Source: Candidatus Bathyarchaeota archaeon
GTDB lineage: Archaea; Thermoproteota; Bathyarchaeia; Bathyarchaeales; Bathycorpusculaceae
DNA: 58,604 bases
Assembly: GCA_003601605.1 (NCBI GenBank)
Contig: PIXZ01000001.1
Span: forward strand, 1 to 58,604
Direction of reading: 5' to 3'
Shown here one piece after another: positions 8,175 to 18,000 of this stretch. A model generated the notes under the pieces. The model was given only the letters and a program-made list of their open reading frames with translations, did no database searches and was not told the DNA's origin. Made by a program: the position numbers and the translations under genes. Numbering within the stretch: position 1 is the first letter of the stretch; each line of letters begins with the position of its first letter.

Positions 8175-9377
8175 TTGAAAATCGCAATTCTTTATAGTCA
8201 CCTAAAAGAAATGGGCGGGGCGGAGAGAGTAATTCTTAAACAAGTTGAACTATTCCAGAAAAAAGGATTTAATGCTGAATGTTATTTTGCGTATATTGAT
8301 AAAAATCTCCATAAGGAAACATCGAACCCCCACTGTTACACAAAAACCTTCTTCAACAAACTTGTTCCCAACAATTCGGCGATAAGAATAATCACCTCAA
8401 TACCTTTAGCACCCCTAGCCCTACCCACCTTTAACAAAGAAAACCTTTTAATATGCCACGGATACGGTCCAGCTCCTATAATAGGCTATCTAAACAAAAA
8501 GTTGAGGAAAACAAAATATGTTACCTACATTCATTCTCCTCCAAGATTTCTCTACCTAAACCCTGAAGAAAGAAGCTTATGGAAATTTAACGACATACGT
8601 AAAATAATTTTTAGATTAAGCAAAATCGCTGGCCCCATTCTGAAAGAACTGGATTATTTGGGTGTAACAAACTCTGACATAGTTTTGGCAAACAGTTATT
8701 TTACAGCAAAAAGAATTCAAACAATCTATCAAATACACGCAAAAGTTTGTTATCCACCAGTAGATATTAAAAGTTTTAGAATTCTTGACAGAAAAATTGT
8801 TGAAAAAGTTAGAAACAGGTTTAGTTGTCCCATTATCCTTTCAACTGGAAGAATTGTTGCTGTAAAACGTTGGGAGTGGCTCCTAGAAATAATGAGTTTA
8901 ACAGTGAAAGAAATTCCTTCAGCCACCTTAGCCATAACAGGTGAAATTTCAGAAGAAAACTTCCAATACGTGGAAAAACTTAGGAAAATGTCAAAAAAGC
9001 TGAAGATAGAGAGAAATGTGAAATTTTTAGGATTTAAATCCCAGAAAGAACTCATAGAACTTTACAATGCCGCTGACGTTTACGTCTACCCCGTGCCAAA
9101 AGAAGATTTTGGGTTAGGTCCTGTAGAAGCAATGGCTTGCGGGACCCCTTCTGTTGTTTGGGACGATGGAGGAGGCCCCTGCGAAACAGTATTTGAAGGT
9201 AAGACTGGTTTTAGAGCAAAACCTTATGACCGGAAAGATTTTGCTGAAAAAATTTTAAAAATTCTAGAAATGGATAAATCCGAATTTTCCTGTAAAACAC
9301 GAAATTTTGTAAAGGAAAACTTCTCTTGCACAAAACATTGGAAAACCTTAAGAGAAATAATAGAAAGGGTAGGGTGA
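8175..9377 (+). CDS. Glycosyltransferase, GT4 (GT-B fold)
   Basis: TTG start. MKIAILYSHLKEMGGAERV N-terminus and a C-terminal EDFGLGPVEAMACGTP (E-x7-E type) motif. Confidence 0.85.
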   Translation: MKIAILYSHLKEMGGAERVILKQVELFQKKGFNAECYFAYIDKNLHKETSNPHCYTKTFFNKLVPNNSAIRIITSIPLAPLALPTFNKENLLICHGYGPAPIIGYLNKKLRKTKYVTYIHSPPRFLYLNPEERSLWKFNDIRKIIFRLSKIAGPILKELDYLGVTNSDIVLANSYFTAKRIQTIYQIHAKVCYPPVDIKSFRILDRKIVEKVRNRFSCPIILSTGRIVAVKRWEWLLEIMSLTVKEIPSATLAITGEISEENFQYVEKLRKMSKKLKIERNVKFLGFKSQKELIELYNAADVYVYPVPKEDFGLGPVEAMACGTPSVVWDDGGGPCETVFEGKTGFRAKPYDRKDFAEKILKILEMDKSEFSCKTRNFVKENFSCTKHWKTLREIIERVG

Positions 9378-9378
9378 A

Positions 9379-10641
9379 GTGGTTAAAATTGAAAAAAGAA
9401 AAAATTTCATTCCGTCAATTTTCGCCATTTTTTTCCATCCAAACCCCAAAATAACCGCTTTAGGGGGAGCAGAAAAAAGGTTTATTGAAACTTTAAAGAT
9501 TTTCTGCAATAAGAAAAACTTGAAAATCACGGTTCTAGAGTCGAATCCAAGCTTTTCAGAAGAAAGAGGGATAAAATGCAAAAAATATCAGGTGTCTTGT
9601 AGTGTTAAAGGAAAGGGATGGTTAAGTGCATACTTTAACTGGATTGTTTGGGCGATAAAGGCTTCGATTAAAGGTGTTTCTGTTGTGCGCCTTGCAAAGC
9701 CAGAAATTATTCTCGCTCCGAACAATACTTTGCCCAACCTCTTTCCAGCCATTTTCTTAAGCTTTATTTTCCATACCCCCCTAGTAGTAACTGTTCATCA
9801 TCTCGACAACCCAAGCATAAAAACTGAAAACAAAGCCAAAGACTGCTCGCTTTACGGTTGTTATCGTTGTTTAGGCTACAGCAGACTCGTGTCATTAACT
9901 AAAGCCTTCGCTTTTTATCTAACCATCTTTCTTTTAAAAAAGGTTAAAGGGGTAATTGCTGTTTCAAAATTTACGGCAAAAAATCTCGAAAACAACGGTG
10001 TCCTGCCTAGCAAAATTCTTGTTAGCGGTAATGCAGTGAATTTAGATTTAATTGACAAAGTTACACCTTGCAGTCAAGGAAAAGTTTATGATGGAATTTT
10101 TGTTGGCAGAATTGCGAAGGAAAAAGGAGTTTTTGATCTAGTTAAAATTTGGAAAGAAGTTGTAATGGTTAAGAGAGATGCTAAATTATTAATTATCGGA
10201 AGTGGACTGGAACTGCCGTTTCTAAAAGAAAAAATAAGTTCTCTTGGCTTGGAAGGTAAAGTTCTTCTACATGGAAAGTGTAGCGATTTTGAACTATACA
10301 GCTTACTAAAGTCCAGTAAAATCTTCATTTTTCCAAGTGTTTTTGAAGGGTGGGGACTTGCAGTTGCTGAGGCTTTAGCCTGCAGCCTACCAGTAGTAGC
10401 CTATGACATACCGGCTTTAAGGGAAAATTTTGGAAAATGTCAAAGCGTCTTTTTTATTCGCCCCAAAAATTTGAGAGAGTTAAGCTTGATGGTTCTTGAA
10501 CTTTTAAATCTAAGCAGAAAGGAGCTGGTTAGACTCGGTGAAAAATCAAGGAGTTTTTCTAGAAAGTTTAGTTGGGAAACTGTGGCGGAGAAGGACTTGG
10601 AAGCATTACGGTTATTTCTAAAAACTTCTGGCAAAAACTAA
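9379..10641 (+). CDS. Glycosyltransferase, GT4 (GT-B fold)
   Basis: GGAEKRF near the N-terminus and a FEGWGLAVAEALACSLPVV motif. It starts 2 nt after the previous GT4. Confidence 0.8.
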   Translation: MVKIEKRKNFIPSIFAIFFHPNPKITALGGAEKRFIETLKIFCNKKNLKITVLESNPSFSEERGIKCKKYQVSCSVKGKGWLSAYFNWIVWAIKASIKGVSVVRLAKPEIILAPNNTLPNLFPAIFLSFIFHTPLVVTVHHLDNPSIKTENKAKDCSLYGCYRCLGYSRLVSLTKAFAFYLTIFLLKKVKGVIAVSKFTAKNLENNGVLPSKILVSGNAVNLDLIDKVTPCSQGKVYDGIFVGRIAKEKGVFDLVKIWKEVVMVKRDAKLLIIGSGLELPFLKEKISSLGLEGKVLLHGKCSDFELYSLLKSSKIFIFPSVFEGWGLAVAEALACSLPVVAYDIPALRENFGKCQSVFFIRPKNLRELSLMVLELLNLSRKELVRLGEKSRSFSRKFSWETVAEKDLEALRLFLKTSGKN

Positions 10642-10694
10642 TTTTAGGCTAAAAAGGTTGGGATAAAAAAGGGAAAGATAGGTTTAAGGTTCGG

Positions 10695-13600
10695 CTAAGG
10701 ATCGTGCGGTGTCTTTTCACTTATTGTTCCTAGACGTTCAAGGATTGTAACTTCTGGATTATGAGCGTCATAGTCGTAGTATGGTTTTTGATCCGTATAA
10801 TCTATCCTCACTATAAGCGTTGTTACTCCCGGATTTTCTGTCTGCAGGTAGTAAATGCCGTATTCGTGGAACCATTTACAGGTATAGTATGTGTCGTCGC
10901 CGCTCCACCCGTAAATCATGAAGCCTACAGTGCCGTTAATGTCTTTGTATGTGGTTATTACACCTATTCCCGTGTTAGTTGCTCCGGGTGTAAATTGGCC
11001 ATTACTATAATAGTACTGTCCAAGATAGTTGCTGGCTTTTGTCGTGTTCCAACAGGTAGGTGCAAATATTACATCCACAAGATTACCGCCTATAATGCCG
11101 TAGATTTGAATTGCTTGCGAGAATTCGTTAAAGTATTCGCTGAAGAGGTTAGCTGAAGGACCAGCTACTGTGATTATGTTAGAAGTGGAGACAGGATAGC
11201 GCGTACACCAGTCGTCTACATAGGCTAGTCTGCCTAGACTGTCATAAATATCTGTCCATGCTGGGCCTCCTGCACGCCATGTTGCATTGCCGAGGTCAGC
11301 GAGTAAGTAGGGAACATTTGTACCCCACATATCCATCATGTCAAGGCCGCCGTTTCCAATTTCCACCTGTTTGTTTTTGAAGGCTGCTGAAACCATTGCC
11401 GCGCCTACCGAGTCTATAGCACGTGAGTGGTTGCCAACCACCACCCATTCGTAGCGTCCAGGAATGTGCTCTGTGTAAAGCTGGTGTTGTCTTAAGCCAT
11501 ATCCGTTGATGTTGAGGTCGATTGTTACATTCCAAGTGGTTACATTGTATAGAGCGGTGATGTTGTAGTCTACATCCAAATGGATCCAGTCTATGTGAAC
11601 GTCTGTATGTGTTGGCGGTGTTACTGTTACTGTTAATTGAAAGTCGTCTAAACTGATTTTGATTTTGTCGTTATCATCTGTATGGTTCCAATGATTATTA
11701 GAGCTGCCTCGTTCACCTAGCCAATAAACTTTGATTGTAGCTGGATTTTCTTTGAAAACTTTAATGTCTTCTGCCCACCAGTCAGCTGTGCCGGTTAGGC
11801 TGAATTTGTCTCCATTCGTTAACTTTGTGAGGTTTGAAACAACAAATTCTAGATAGTTAACATCAAACCTGTAGTTAACTCCAAGATAATCCGTAAAGCT
11901 ACTGTCCGCCCAAGCGGGGTCGTCGTATGTGAACGTGTGGGTGTCGGCAAAGGTTACATTCTCGTTGTGAGCATATGAAATGTTACCATAGTGAGTATAG
12001 CTTGTTTCGGTGGAATAAAGTATTTTTATTCTCGTTCCAGCTGCCGGCACTTTTGAATACGGAATTGTCACTGTGCCCACTCCATTCGAGTCAACATCAA
12101 ATATGTAATCGTAGGGTGTCCATACCGATCTTAACGGTATTCTTCTAACGCCTCCCCATTCAACTCTTTCACTGAAATTGCAATATTTTTCCCAGACATT
12201 TGAATACTTCACCGGCGTGTTTGTTAGGGTAATTTCCAAGTCGATATGATTAGTGTGTGCATTTTCGTATTCGGTAGGGGTCACAGTGTGAAAGTCTACC
12301 CATCTCCTTGTATCTTTATGGACGGCAGTGCGCAGGTCCCATGGATTAAACACTTCGTCAAGTTGATATTTCACTTCCCGATCAATCACATTGCTGCCAC
12401 CCGACCGGTTAGCATCATCTCCGTTCCAACAGTCAGTTAATCCGTAGACGGTGACTCCTCTAAATTGCCTGTCAAAATGGCGGCCTCCAGAATCCACAGG
12501 AGTTTTAGTTAGAACAAAGTCCCACTCTCCAATTGTGTATGGGGACATGAACGGTTCGAGAGATGTGTCTGCAATATCGTCATTCTGATCTAGAGACTTC
12601 CACCATTCGTCTTGATAACCGGCATCAACATGCCAGTTTGAGACTGACGGCCAGAATGCAGCCCAACCAACATACTGTCTGTCTTTGGCAACTATCTGAG
12701 CTAGATCGTAGGTTCCAGAAGCATTAGGTTGAGGTCCGTAGCTGGAAATGCCAAGCCAAGTTGCTGGATAAAGCGTTGGATTTAAGTGGTAATCTACATC
12801 ATAGACTGTGGATAAACCCATTGCCAGCTCTGTTCTATTTTCTGCTCTGTAGAAGTGGACATAACTATCATAGGTGTTGGCTGGTCCAATATCCCATTCG
12901 CCTCTGTTACTAAACTGGATTATGGCGCCGTTAACAGTCGCATTTGTTTCACCGTCTACTGGCACTGTCATTTGACCGAATACGAATTTGGTTGTGGCTT
13001 CTTTGATGTCTTTGATAACTATAACTTGTTTTTTCACCTTATTGAAAATGTATGTGAATACTATGTCGACTAATGGTTCGTCTTCACTCCATCCTGGATC
13101 CCAGTCATAAATGTGCGTTACTGTGCGAGCGACAAACATTCTTGGACCGTTGTATAATACAGTGATATCCTCTGTTACAGCGGTGCCATTGGTTTTTCTT
13201 CCACCATTGACAGGTCCTTCACCCGTGCTTATCAGCTTACCAACGTCTCGTGGATCTTCTTGCCATTCGTACAACGCGCCTGAGTATCCATAGCTACTGT
13301 CAACTCTTATCCAGTCTTTTCCGTATTCCACTAAATCTGCATGTTGCGCCATTGCCCATACATTTCTAATGCCGGAAGTTGCGTGATATGTTATATTTAT
13401 TAGCCACCCGCTCATCCATTTCTTTTTAGTTATCTCTGGAGGTACACTGTCACCTGCTGGTGGTGCAAAGACATCTCGGTCACGATATTCTAGACCTACA
13501 TTTGTACTGCTATCGATTATTTCGCCGAACTTTGAGAACCCGAATTTCAAGCTTTTGTCGGTTTTAAATGGGTAAAGCGTATAATAATCGCTGTCGAGTA

Positions 13601-13739
13601 CTCCTTCGACGGTCATGTACCAATCGGCAGGGTCGGTTGCGGCTACTGATTTTGTTGAGAATAATGGGATGATGATTGTTATGGTGATCATTGCAATGGA
13701 TAGTGTTGAGAGTATTTTCTTTCTTTTTTCCATTTTCAT
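10695..13739 (-). CDS. Large secreted glycoprotein candidate (possible S-layer or cell-surface protein)
   Basis: 1014 aa. It has an N-terminal signal or anchor (KKILSTLSIAMITITIIIPLF...AAT) and no C-terminal TM. I count 18 N-X-S/T sequons. It is very rich in Trp and Tyr and is flanked by glycosyltransferases. I recognised no family. Confidence 0.8.
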   Translation of the reverse strand: MKMEKRKKILSTLSIAMITITIIIPLFSTKSVAATDPADWYMTVEGVLDSDYYTLYPFKTDKSLKFGFSKFGEIIDSSTNVGLEYRDRDVFAPPAGDSVPPEITKKKWMSGWLINITYHATSGIRNVWAMAQHADLVEYGKDWIRVDSSYGYSGALYEWQEDPRDVGKLISTGEGPVNGGRKTNGTAVTEDITVLYNGPRMFVARTVTHIYDWDPGWSEDEPLVDIVFTYIFNKVKKQVIVIKDIKEATTKFVFGQMTVPVDGETNATVNGAIIQFSNRGEWDIGPANTYDSYVHFYRAENRTELAMGLSTVYDVDYHLNPTLYPATWLGISSYGPQPNASGTYDLAQIVAKDRQYVGWAAFWPSVSNWHVDAGYQDEWWKSLDQNDDIADTSLEPFMSPYTIGEWDFVLTKTPVDSGGRHFDRQFRGVTVYGLTDCWNGDDANRSGGSNVIDREVKYQLDEVFNPWDLRTAVHKDTRRWVDFHTVTPTEYENAHTNHIDLEITLTNTPVKYSNVWEKYCNFSERVEWGGVRRIPLRSVWTPYDYIFDVDSNGVGTVTIPYSKVPAAGTRIKILYSTETSYTHYGNISYAHNENVTFADTHTFTYDDPAWADSSFTDYLGVNYRFDVNYLEFVVSNLTKLTNGDKFSLTGTADWWAEDIKVFKENPATIKVYWLGERGSSNNHWNHTDDNDKIKISLDDFQLTVTVTPPTHTDVHIDWIHLDVDYNITALYNVTTWNVTIDLNINGYGLRQHQLYTEHIPGRYEWVVVGNHSRAIDSVGAAMVSAAFKNKQVEIGNGGLDMMDMWGTNVPYLLADLGNATWRAGGPAWTDIYDSLGRLAYVDDWCTRYPVSTSNIITVAGPSANLFSEYFNEFSQAIQIYGIIGGNLVDVIFAPTCWNTTKASNYLGQYYYSNGQFTPGATNTGIGVITTYKDINGTVGFMIYGWSGDDTYYTCKWFHEYGIYYLQTENPGVTTLIVRIDYTDQKPYYDYDAHNPEVTILERLGTISEKTPHDP

Positions 13740-13771
13740 TCCTCTTTTGGTTCATGTATGAGAGCGTGGCA

Positions 13772-13808
13772 CGTTTATTAAAAATTTTTTAGTGGTTCTG
13801 AATCAGAA
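13772..13808 (-). promoter_or_regulatory. Palindromic motif copy c (perfect TTCTGAATCAGAA, 13796-13808) plus conserved TATA module
   Basis: The minus strand reads ttctgattcagaaccactaaaaaatttttaataaacg. The TATA-like box sits about 35-45 nt upstream of the ATG at 13739, and GAGG precedes that ATG. Confidence 0.55.
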
Positions 13809-13872
13809 TTAGAATAAAAACCATAAAATAATTCAAACAAAAACCAAAAATAACAAAAATATTAAAAACTAT

Positions 13873-14595
13873 TCAAATTCTACGCTTAAAAAGCAAAACA
13901 AGATACCTAACAACCGTAGAAAACAAACGCATTTTACTAGCACCACCCTTCCGACCATAATCAAGAACTATAGGAACTTCAACCACAACGCCGCCAGAAT
14001 TTACAGCCTTAAGCAACAACTCAAGCGAGGACTCAAACCCTTTAGCTTCAATAAACTTGTCTCCAAACTCCTTGTAAAGACGTTTAAGCAATCCGGCCTT
14101 GAAACATCGAAAACCACTAGTAGCATCTTTTAAAGGCAGTCGAAAAACTATTCTAACTAAAAAATTGACAGTCTTGCTTAGAAAAACTCTGTGAAAGGAA
14201 ACATTCAACTGTGTCCCACCCTTAACGTAACGAGACCCTACAACTACATCAGCCTTTTCCGCCACAGTCAACATGTCTAAAACATGCTTTGGATTATGAG
14301 TGTTGTCAGAGTCCATGGTAACAACAAAATCGTCGTCAAAAGTTTCCTCTGCAGCGGCAGTTAAACCAGTTTTTAAAGCAGTTCCCAAACCAAGATTAAA
14401 AGGATGCTCAAGAATTTCTATAGGATATTCGCTGGAAAGGTCTTTTAAAATCTCGCCTGTTCTATCATAGCTCCCGTCATTAACCACGATAATTTTGTAT
14501 GGCAGTAAAGGTTTTAGAACATGATCTATTGAGTGGACTAGTTGTTTAATGTTTTTTTCCTCATTAAAGCAAGGTAAAACTATGAAACATCTCAT
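13873..14595 (-). CDS. GT2 glycosyltransferase, dolichyl-phosphate sugar synthase-like (Dpm1/AglD-like)
   Basis: VLPCFNEEKNI...VVNDGSYDRT...DSDNTH (DxD) and about 240 aa without a TM tail. Confidence 0.8.
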   Translation of the reverse strand: MRCFIVLPCFNEEKNIKQLVHSIDHVLKPLLPYKIIVVNDGSYDRTGEILKDLSSEYPIEILEHPFNLGLGTALKTGLTAAAEETFDDDFVVTMDSDNTHNPKHVLDMLTVAEKADVVVGSRYVKGGTQLNVSFHRVFLSKTVNFLVRIVFRLPLKDATSGFRCFKAGLLKRLYKEFGDKFIEAKGFESSLELLLKAVNSGGVVVEVPIVLDYGRKGGASKMRLFSTVVRYLVLLFKRRI

Positions 14596-14861
14596 TTGAA
14601 GATTTCACTTTGAAAGCGTTCTAATGATGCTTTGGATTGTAGAAAAAAGAGTTTTAAGGAGAGTTCAGAGTTAGATTTCGAGTTTGCTAGTATTTCTTAA
14701 CTTTTCTGAAAAGCAGAATCTTTCCAATAGAAAGAAAACCTAAAGGCGAATCAGCCAAACCATAATCTAACGGCTTCGCCAACAACATCAAAATCTTCGA
14801 TAAAAACGAAAGAAAATTAGGCGAAAAAGAAGGCTTACTTGCCAAAAAGTAGTAAGCTTTC

Positions 14862-15059
14862 TTACTGAAAGTAGCAGCATATTTTCTTAAACCTAGAAAC
14901 GTTATTGGAATTTTCTCTAATAGTTACATATTCCTGAAAGGTTTGAGCAATAAAGTCGTATGTTTTATTCTCTGCATAATGGGCAAGCCAGTTTCTCGCG
15001 ACTTTTCTCCATTTGGAGAGCCTAACGTCTAATTCTTCTCTTTCAGTTTCAAAAGCCAC
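14862..15059 (-). CDS. Small hypothetical protein, possibly the 5' part of a frameshifted gene
   Basis: The ORF track gives 14862-15116, whose first 14 codons overlap the upstream gene. A GTG at 15059 lies just past that gene's stop. A second open frame (14687 to about 14917) continues downstream in another frame. Confidence 0.3.
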   Translation of the reverse strand: MAFETEREELDVRLSKWRKVARNWLAHYAENKTYDFIAQTFQEYVTIRENSNNVSRFKKICCYFQ

Positions 15060-15073
15060 AACATTCCAATAAT

Positions 15074-18000
15074 CTACTTCCTTCCGGCTCTCAGCAGCCA
15101 AGCTTTCACCTTCCAAAAAGCTAGACGACTTTTAATACGTTTAGAAATATTTCTTGGGGTAAGAACAGCTACGACAATGAAAATCAAACTTGCCAGAGAG
15201 ATTTTTAACCCTACATCTGCATACCATTGACCTGCAAAATATACGTCTATATTAAACTCTCCAGTTTTATTCACGTAGAAACTATTAACAAAAGAAAAAG
15301 CAATAGTTGAACTTATTTCTTGACCATTCTCTAATCTAGCTTTCCAGAGGGGATGGTAAGTTTCAGAAAAAACCAGAAAAAATGGCTTTTCAGTCTTTAC
15401 ATGTAATTTGTAGCATGTCGGATTTAATTTTTCATAGTGGATTATTGGCGAATCAACATTAGAGTTAAAAATATTCTGAACAGAAACTATACTTTCATCT
15501 TCTTTAAGCGAATACAAAATTATTTGGTCAAACAGTATTTTACCATAAGCCGCAATGGTAAACTTTTGTTCACCTTTTTCCAAAAAAATTGGCCCTGCTT
15601 CATACCATTGAAAATTTTCCTCCACACCAGAACAATTAAATAGCAAGGAATTATTGGCTACTCTCAGATTTAATGTTCCATAACCAGGACCTCTAGCGAG
15701 ACGTAACGCTAGCATATACTTGCCAGTTTTAGGTATGAAATGGCTGGTGGTGATTGAAGATAGTTTACAAGGTTCAAGTTCAAAAATGCTAACTAAGTGA
15801 TGCTCAGTTCCATAAGAGTTTACTGTAAGCAAAAGTTTATCGGTTTCAACAGGCTTTTTAAACATATAAACAGGTGAAAGCAGGGAGTTGCCTGTAATAT
15901 TTATTTGTGTAACCCAGTGTGTTCCATTCCAGGTTTGAATTGTAAAATCTTTTGCAACGGCTGTTTCAAAGAAAATTTTTACACCTGCTAGTTCCTGTGG
16001 TGTTGGCCACTCTATTTCTAACCATTGAGGAGTCTCTTGGGCAGGGTTCGAAGCCCATCTAGTTTCGAGTGACCCGTCTAAAACATTTTGTGGAATAAAA
16101 TTGTCTTGAGTAGAGCTTGCAGAAACTGTAGCGTTTTCTTTTATCACTTCTAAGGCGTTTTCAGCTTTTAATAAGTCATTTTCGTATTCTTGGAGATGAA
16201 TTGCCCATCCTTCGGTAAGGTTGTATGCGAAAAGGTTAGCAGCACCTATGATGTCGACTATTCTACCTTGAAAAGATTCAATGGATTGAAGGATTTCATT
16301 GTAAGTGGTTTGGAAGACGCTTGGTTCAACTACTGCCACAGCATCAACATCGTTAAAACCGGGACCATTATTTTTTAAAGTTATCACATGCCTCCCTTCT
16401 TCCAAGTGTAAGTTTTGTATTTTAACCCATGAAAGGGCACACCAGTAGTCTGCTTCAGGTTTAATTTCGCCTGCAAGATTGCCGTCTACAGAAATCGTCA
16501 GATTGCCTCTGTTAGAAAGGAAACCAATACGTACCCAAATGTCGTACGTCGCATCTTTTGTTATCTCAAAAGGAATGCTCTCTGTTACATTTCCGTAGGT
16601 GGTAAGTGTTTTACCACCGTAAACTAATGCGCCAATTTCATTCCAAGAGCTTGTCTGCACCCAATATTCTGAAGCGTTATAACTATAAACTCCGAAATCT
16701 GCAGCGTTTAGAATTATTGCTTTTCCTCTCAATTGCAACATTACAAGGTCTAAAATGTTGGAATTAACTAAAACTAACGCGGTAGCATTTATTTGCAGTT
16801 TTTTAAAAAATTCATCATCCAACTGATTAATGAAAAAAAGACTTGTCTCATTTAACACGAACGATTTAATTCGGCATAAATATCCAAAAGTATTGTAGCC
16901 GCCTAGAACATTTGCGTATTTACTTGTGCCAAAGAAAGGTGGGACATGATAGGGATTTTCAATTATTAATGATTCATTTTCGTTATAGACTATGTTACAC
17001 GTGGCTCCAGTTTGGTTTAGAAAGAAACTTTTTATATCGCTGTCCAAGTATGCAGGTAAAACTATGTATTTATAATTAAATAAACCCACTATTTTTAGAA
17101 AATCGCTGGTTTTCCTTTGCCCAGCTAAACGGAAGCGTAGGTAATCCGTGAAGCTGTGGGCGTTAGAATCCCAGCCACCGTCCTGCATTACTGGTTTATC
17201 ATGGATAAACGAACTTTCAAAGCCAATATCATGTCCCCAACCTATTTCTGTTAGCATTGCGGAATAGCCAAAATCAAAACTGGATGAAGAAACGCCCATC
17301 CATCTTGCTGGGCCTCTGTTAATGCTTACAACTTTAAAGTCGCCTTCTTGAAGACTTAGCCATTCGTAGGGTTGCACATAATTTTCTAGTGGAGAATAAA
17401 CTTGCAGTCCTTCCCGGAGAAAGTACCATGTTGAAAAGAAACCATTAAGAAAAATTAAGATTATCAAACATACACTTAGGTAATGAAGAGCTTTATGAAA
17501 GTTAAAAAAGAAGTTTCCAATAATTTTGAATGGGGTTGCAAGCTTTTTTGCCTTAAGATACCATGCAATCTTTACGCTAAAGTTAGAAAACACTTCTTTT
17601 ATTTCAAGATATCGTTTCTTTCTAATGTATAGTGTTAAAATGTTTACAAGCGACCCTATAAGAAAAGCGTGTGATAAACAGCTCATCATTATCCATCTGC
17701 TTGCAGCCCTAAAAACGGCAAAGTATGGAATGTTCAACCAACCCCAAACAAACAACTCGCCAAATGGAGGGTATGGTCCTTTGGAAACAAACATTGAAAC
17801 TACAGAGGCGGTTACGAAGAAAACGGTGTATTTATCTTTTCTGAGAAAAACGGTGCAGTATGCCAAAAAGAATATTACTATTGATATAGTCTTTGCTGGA
17901 ACATCTGACAAGTCTATCCCTGTAACCACATCTACAATGTTTACGTATCCCCAGACTTCTACTGCTCCTAGAGCAAAGGCATCCGTCAGATTTTTGTAGG

